IMG/VR virus record: IMGVR_UViG_3300025913_000020
Source: a virus
Lineage: Duplodnaviria > Heunggongvirae > Uroviricota > Caudoviricetes
Reading direction: 5' to 3' (one strand)
Length of the DNA stretch: 23,082 nt
Shown here: piece after piece, positions 23,001 to 23,082 of the stretch
Layout of the letters: each line of letters begins with the position of its first letter
Position numbering within the stretch: the first letter of the stretch is position 1
Translations under genes and position numbers: made by a program
The notes under the pieces: model-generated
The model's database searches: none
What the model was told of the DNA's origin: nothing
The model's input: only the letters and a program-made list of their open reading frames with translations

Positions 23001-23082
23001 CAGCTTGTGGATCAGAGCCGACATCCAGGAAGTGATGCCGCCCGCACCTATTCTGCCGGTCTCGTCTTCTTTCTTGCTGATG
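20043..23082 (-). CDS. polA: Family A DNA polymerase with 3'-5' exonuclease and UDG-like N-terminal domain (5' end outside window)
   Basis: DTETTG, GHNYTFD, DLSQIELR, RKVAKTVNF, TVHDS; frame stays open from 23024 to the window edge. Confidence 0.96.
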   Translation of the reverse strand, partial: ISKKEDETGRIGAGGITSWMSALIHKLKEKHGVSLAEIRWVPVTRCAGRGPKIPNFKTKGNWCRTYAVQDLMNHPPKVVIPIGTVSLGLLSHKSNAGDWSGRLLTWRGWPDDWLTDKDYVLDRPDPLNEGKFIRGHPLFGPSPTTRIPMVPLQTPRLILAAQNELVTARWEKELIYALQIGKKNVPPPNYIRSWYNISTDVGVILESLERAIKFAETYDNFIVAYDTETTGLKPWSFFRHVRAATKSDATSAIADNPEDEDLIETSKPPAIVFMMFRWTNPETGKPESIGFPWDYPTSDLLPHLNTISPYVIRLLALADIVGHNYTFDALFTIATVGRRENEYVPFNSDGTWNENWLCLQDRINLIAEKGKWDTWHMAFTLLQKRGSLGLEVLAYDWVHDLAGYEEEMTLLIELHGDAMDPASGKGGHYAMCPKELWKSHLEPYVMGDVEVTYQARDGIAAKLATTKVYKIPLTKPGSPGSFRYYQCPSRDWVYRNVVSVASRTLTKMMARGMYIDPEELSIQERTYPEMVQAAKRKLRDADPDIERWCQQKLQESKLKRAETGAGELPLWELDLENKGQLKELLFDVLHCPIQRLTKAGRKLYGDDPGDWQHLTYEEQKELAAVDKYTLNRLAVDHPNLRPLQEYRKVFKLYSTYVRPMRNMMSAHLDKKQREKEPHLSVDHCIHASFLLTGTRGGRLSCRDPNLQQLPNEGLVKRVFTSRFRDRGCIYAADLSQIELRLMAAVCGDKSMVDAYQRDIDIHSLTASKVFKIPYEQFTKKHMEELQKHGKSDQAKELELKRKVAKTVNFLTGYGGGAFGLQNVLANAEVYISLEECEDIIATFFDAYPALKKFLGVYKSFIEENGRAVSLFGRVRDFEEVYSEDREASSKALRAGCNHLIQSTASDMMLICLFTIEAMMREANLKSLLVSTVHDSLVIDAYRPELPDVHAIVNGVMNNIPTVIESTLPDYDTSWMIVPFAGDSEVGLNYLETNKISGDSPDWEKLLQPKKKK

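Noticed and set aside
1-23082. CRISPR array, transposase, integrase or intein
   Set aside because: No regularly spaced direct repeats or relevant motifs were seen; ligA and polA motifs are contiguous.

Overview
Segment of a large (jumbo-type) phage genome. The right third holds replication genes on the minus strand: a family A DNA polymerase with a UDG-like N-terminus running off the window, two acidic virion-like proteins, an NAD-dependent DNA ligase and an RNase III-like protein. From about 14,870 down to 1,739 lies a minus-strand RNA-gene array. It has 32 CCA-encoding tRNAs for 19 amino acids (no clear Leu), five Y RNA-like genes, a tRNA-Phe with a grafted Y-RNA stem, three anticodon-less or aberrant tRNA mimics and several unassigned structured RNAs. 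Small protein genes are interspersed (HAD phosphatase, 2H phosphodiesterase, patatin, DSP phosphatase, PAS, HiPIP-like, FN3). Three things stand out. (1) A candidate ribosome-dependent attenuator heads the array; its 48-aa leader contains all 20 amino acids and 40 different codons, suggesting a general tRNA-shortage sensor. (2) None of the 32 standard tRNAs has the canonical UUC T-loop, and D-loop changes covary with this, while most mimics keep UUC. (3) A GTAnnTA motif lies just upstream of ten start codons. All structures were folded by eye and all family calls rest on motif recognition, not database searches.
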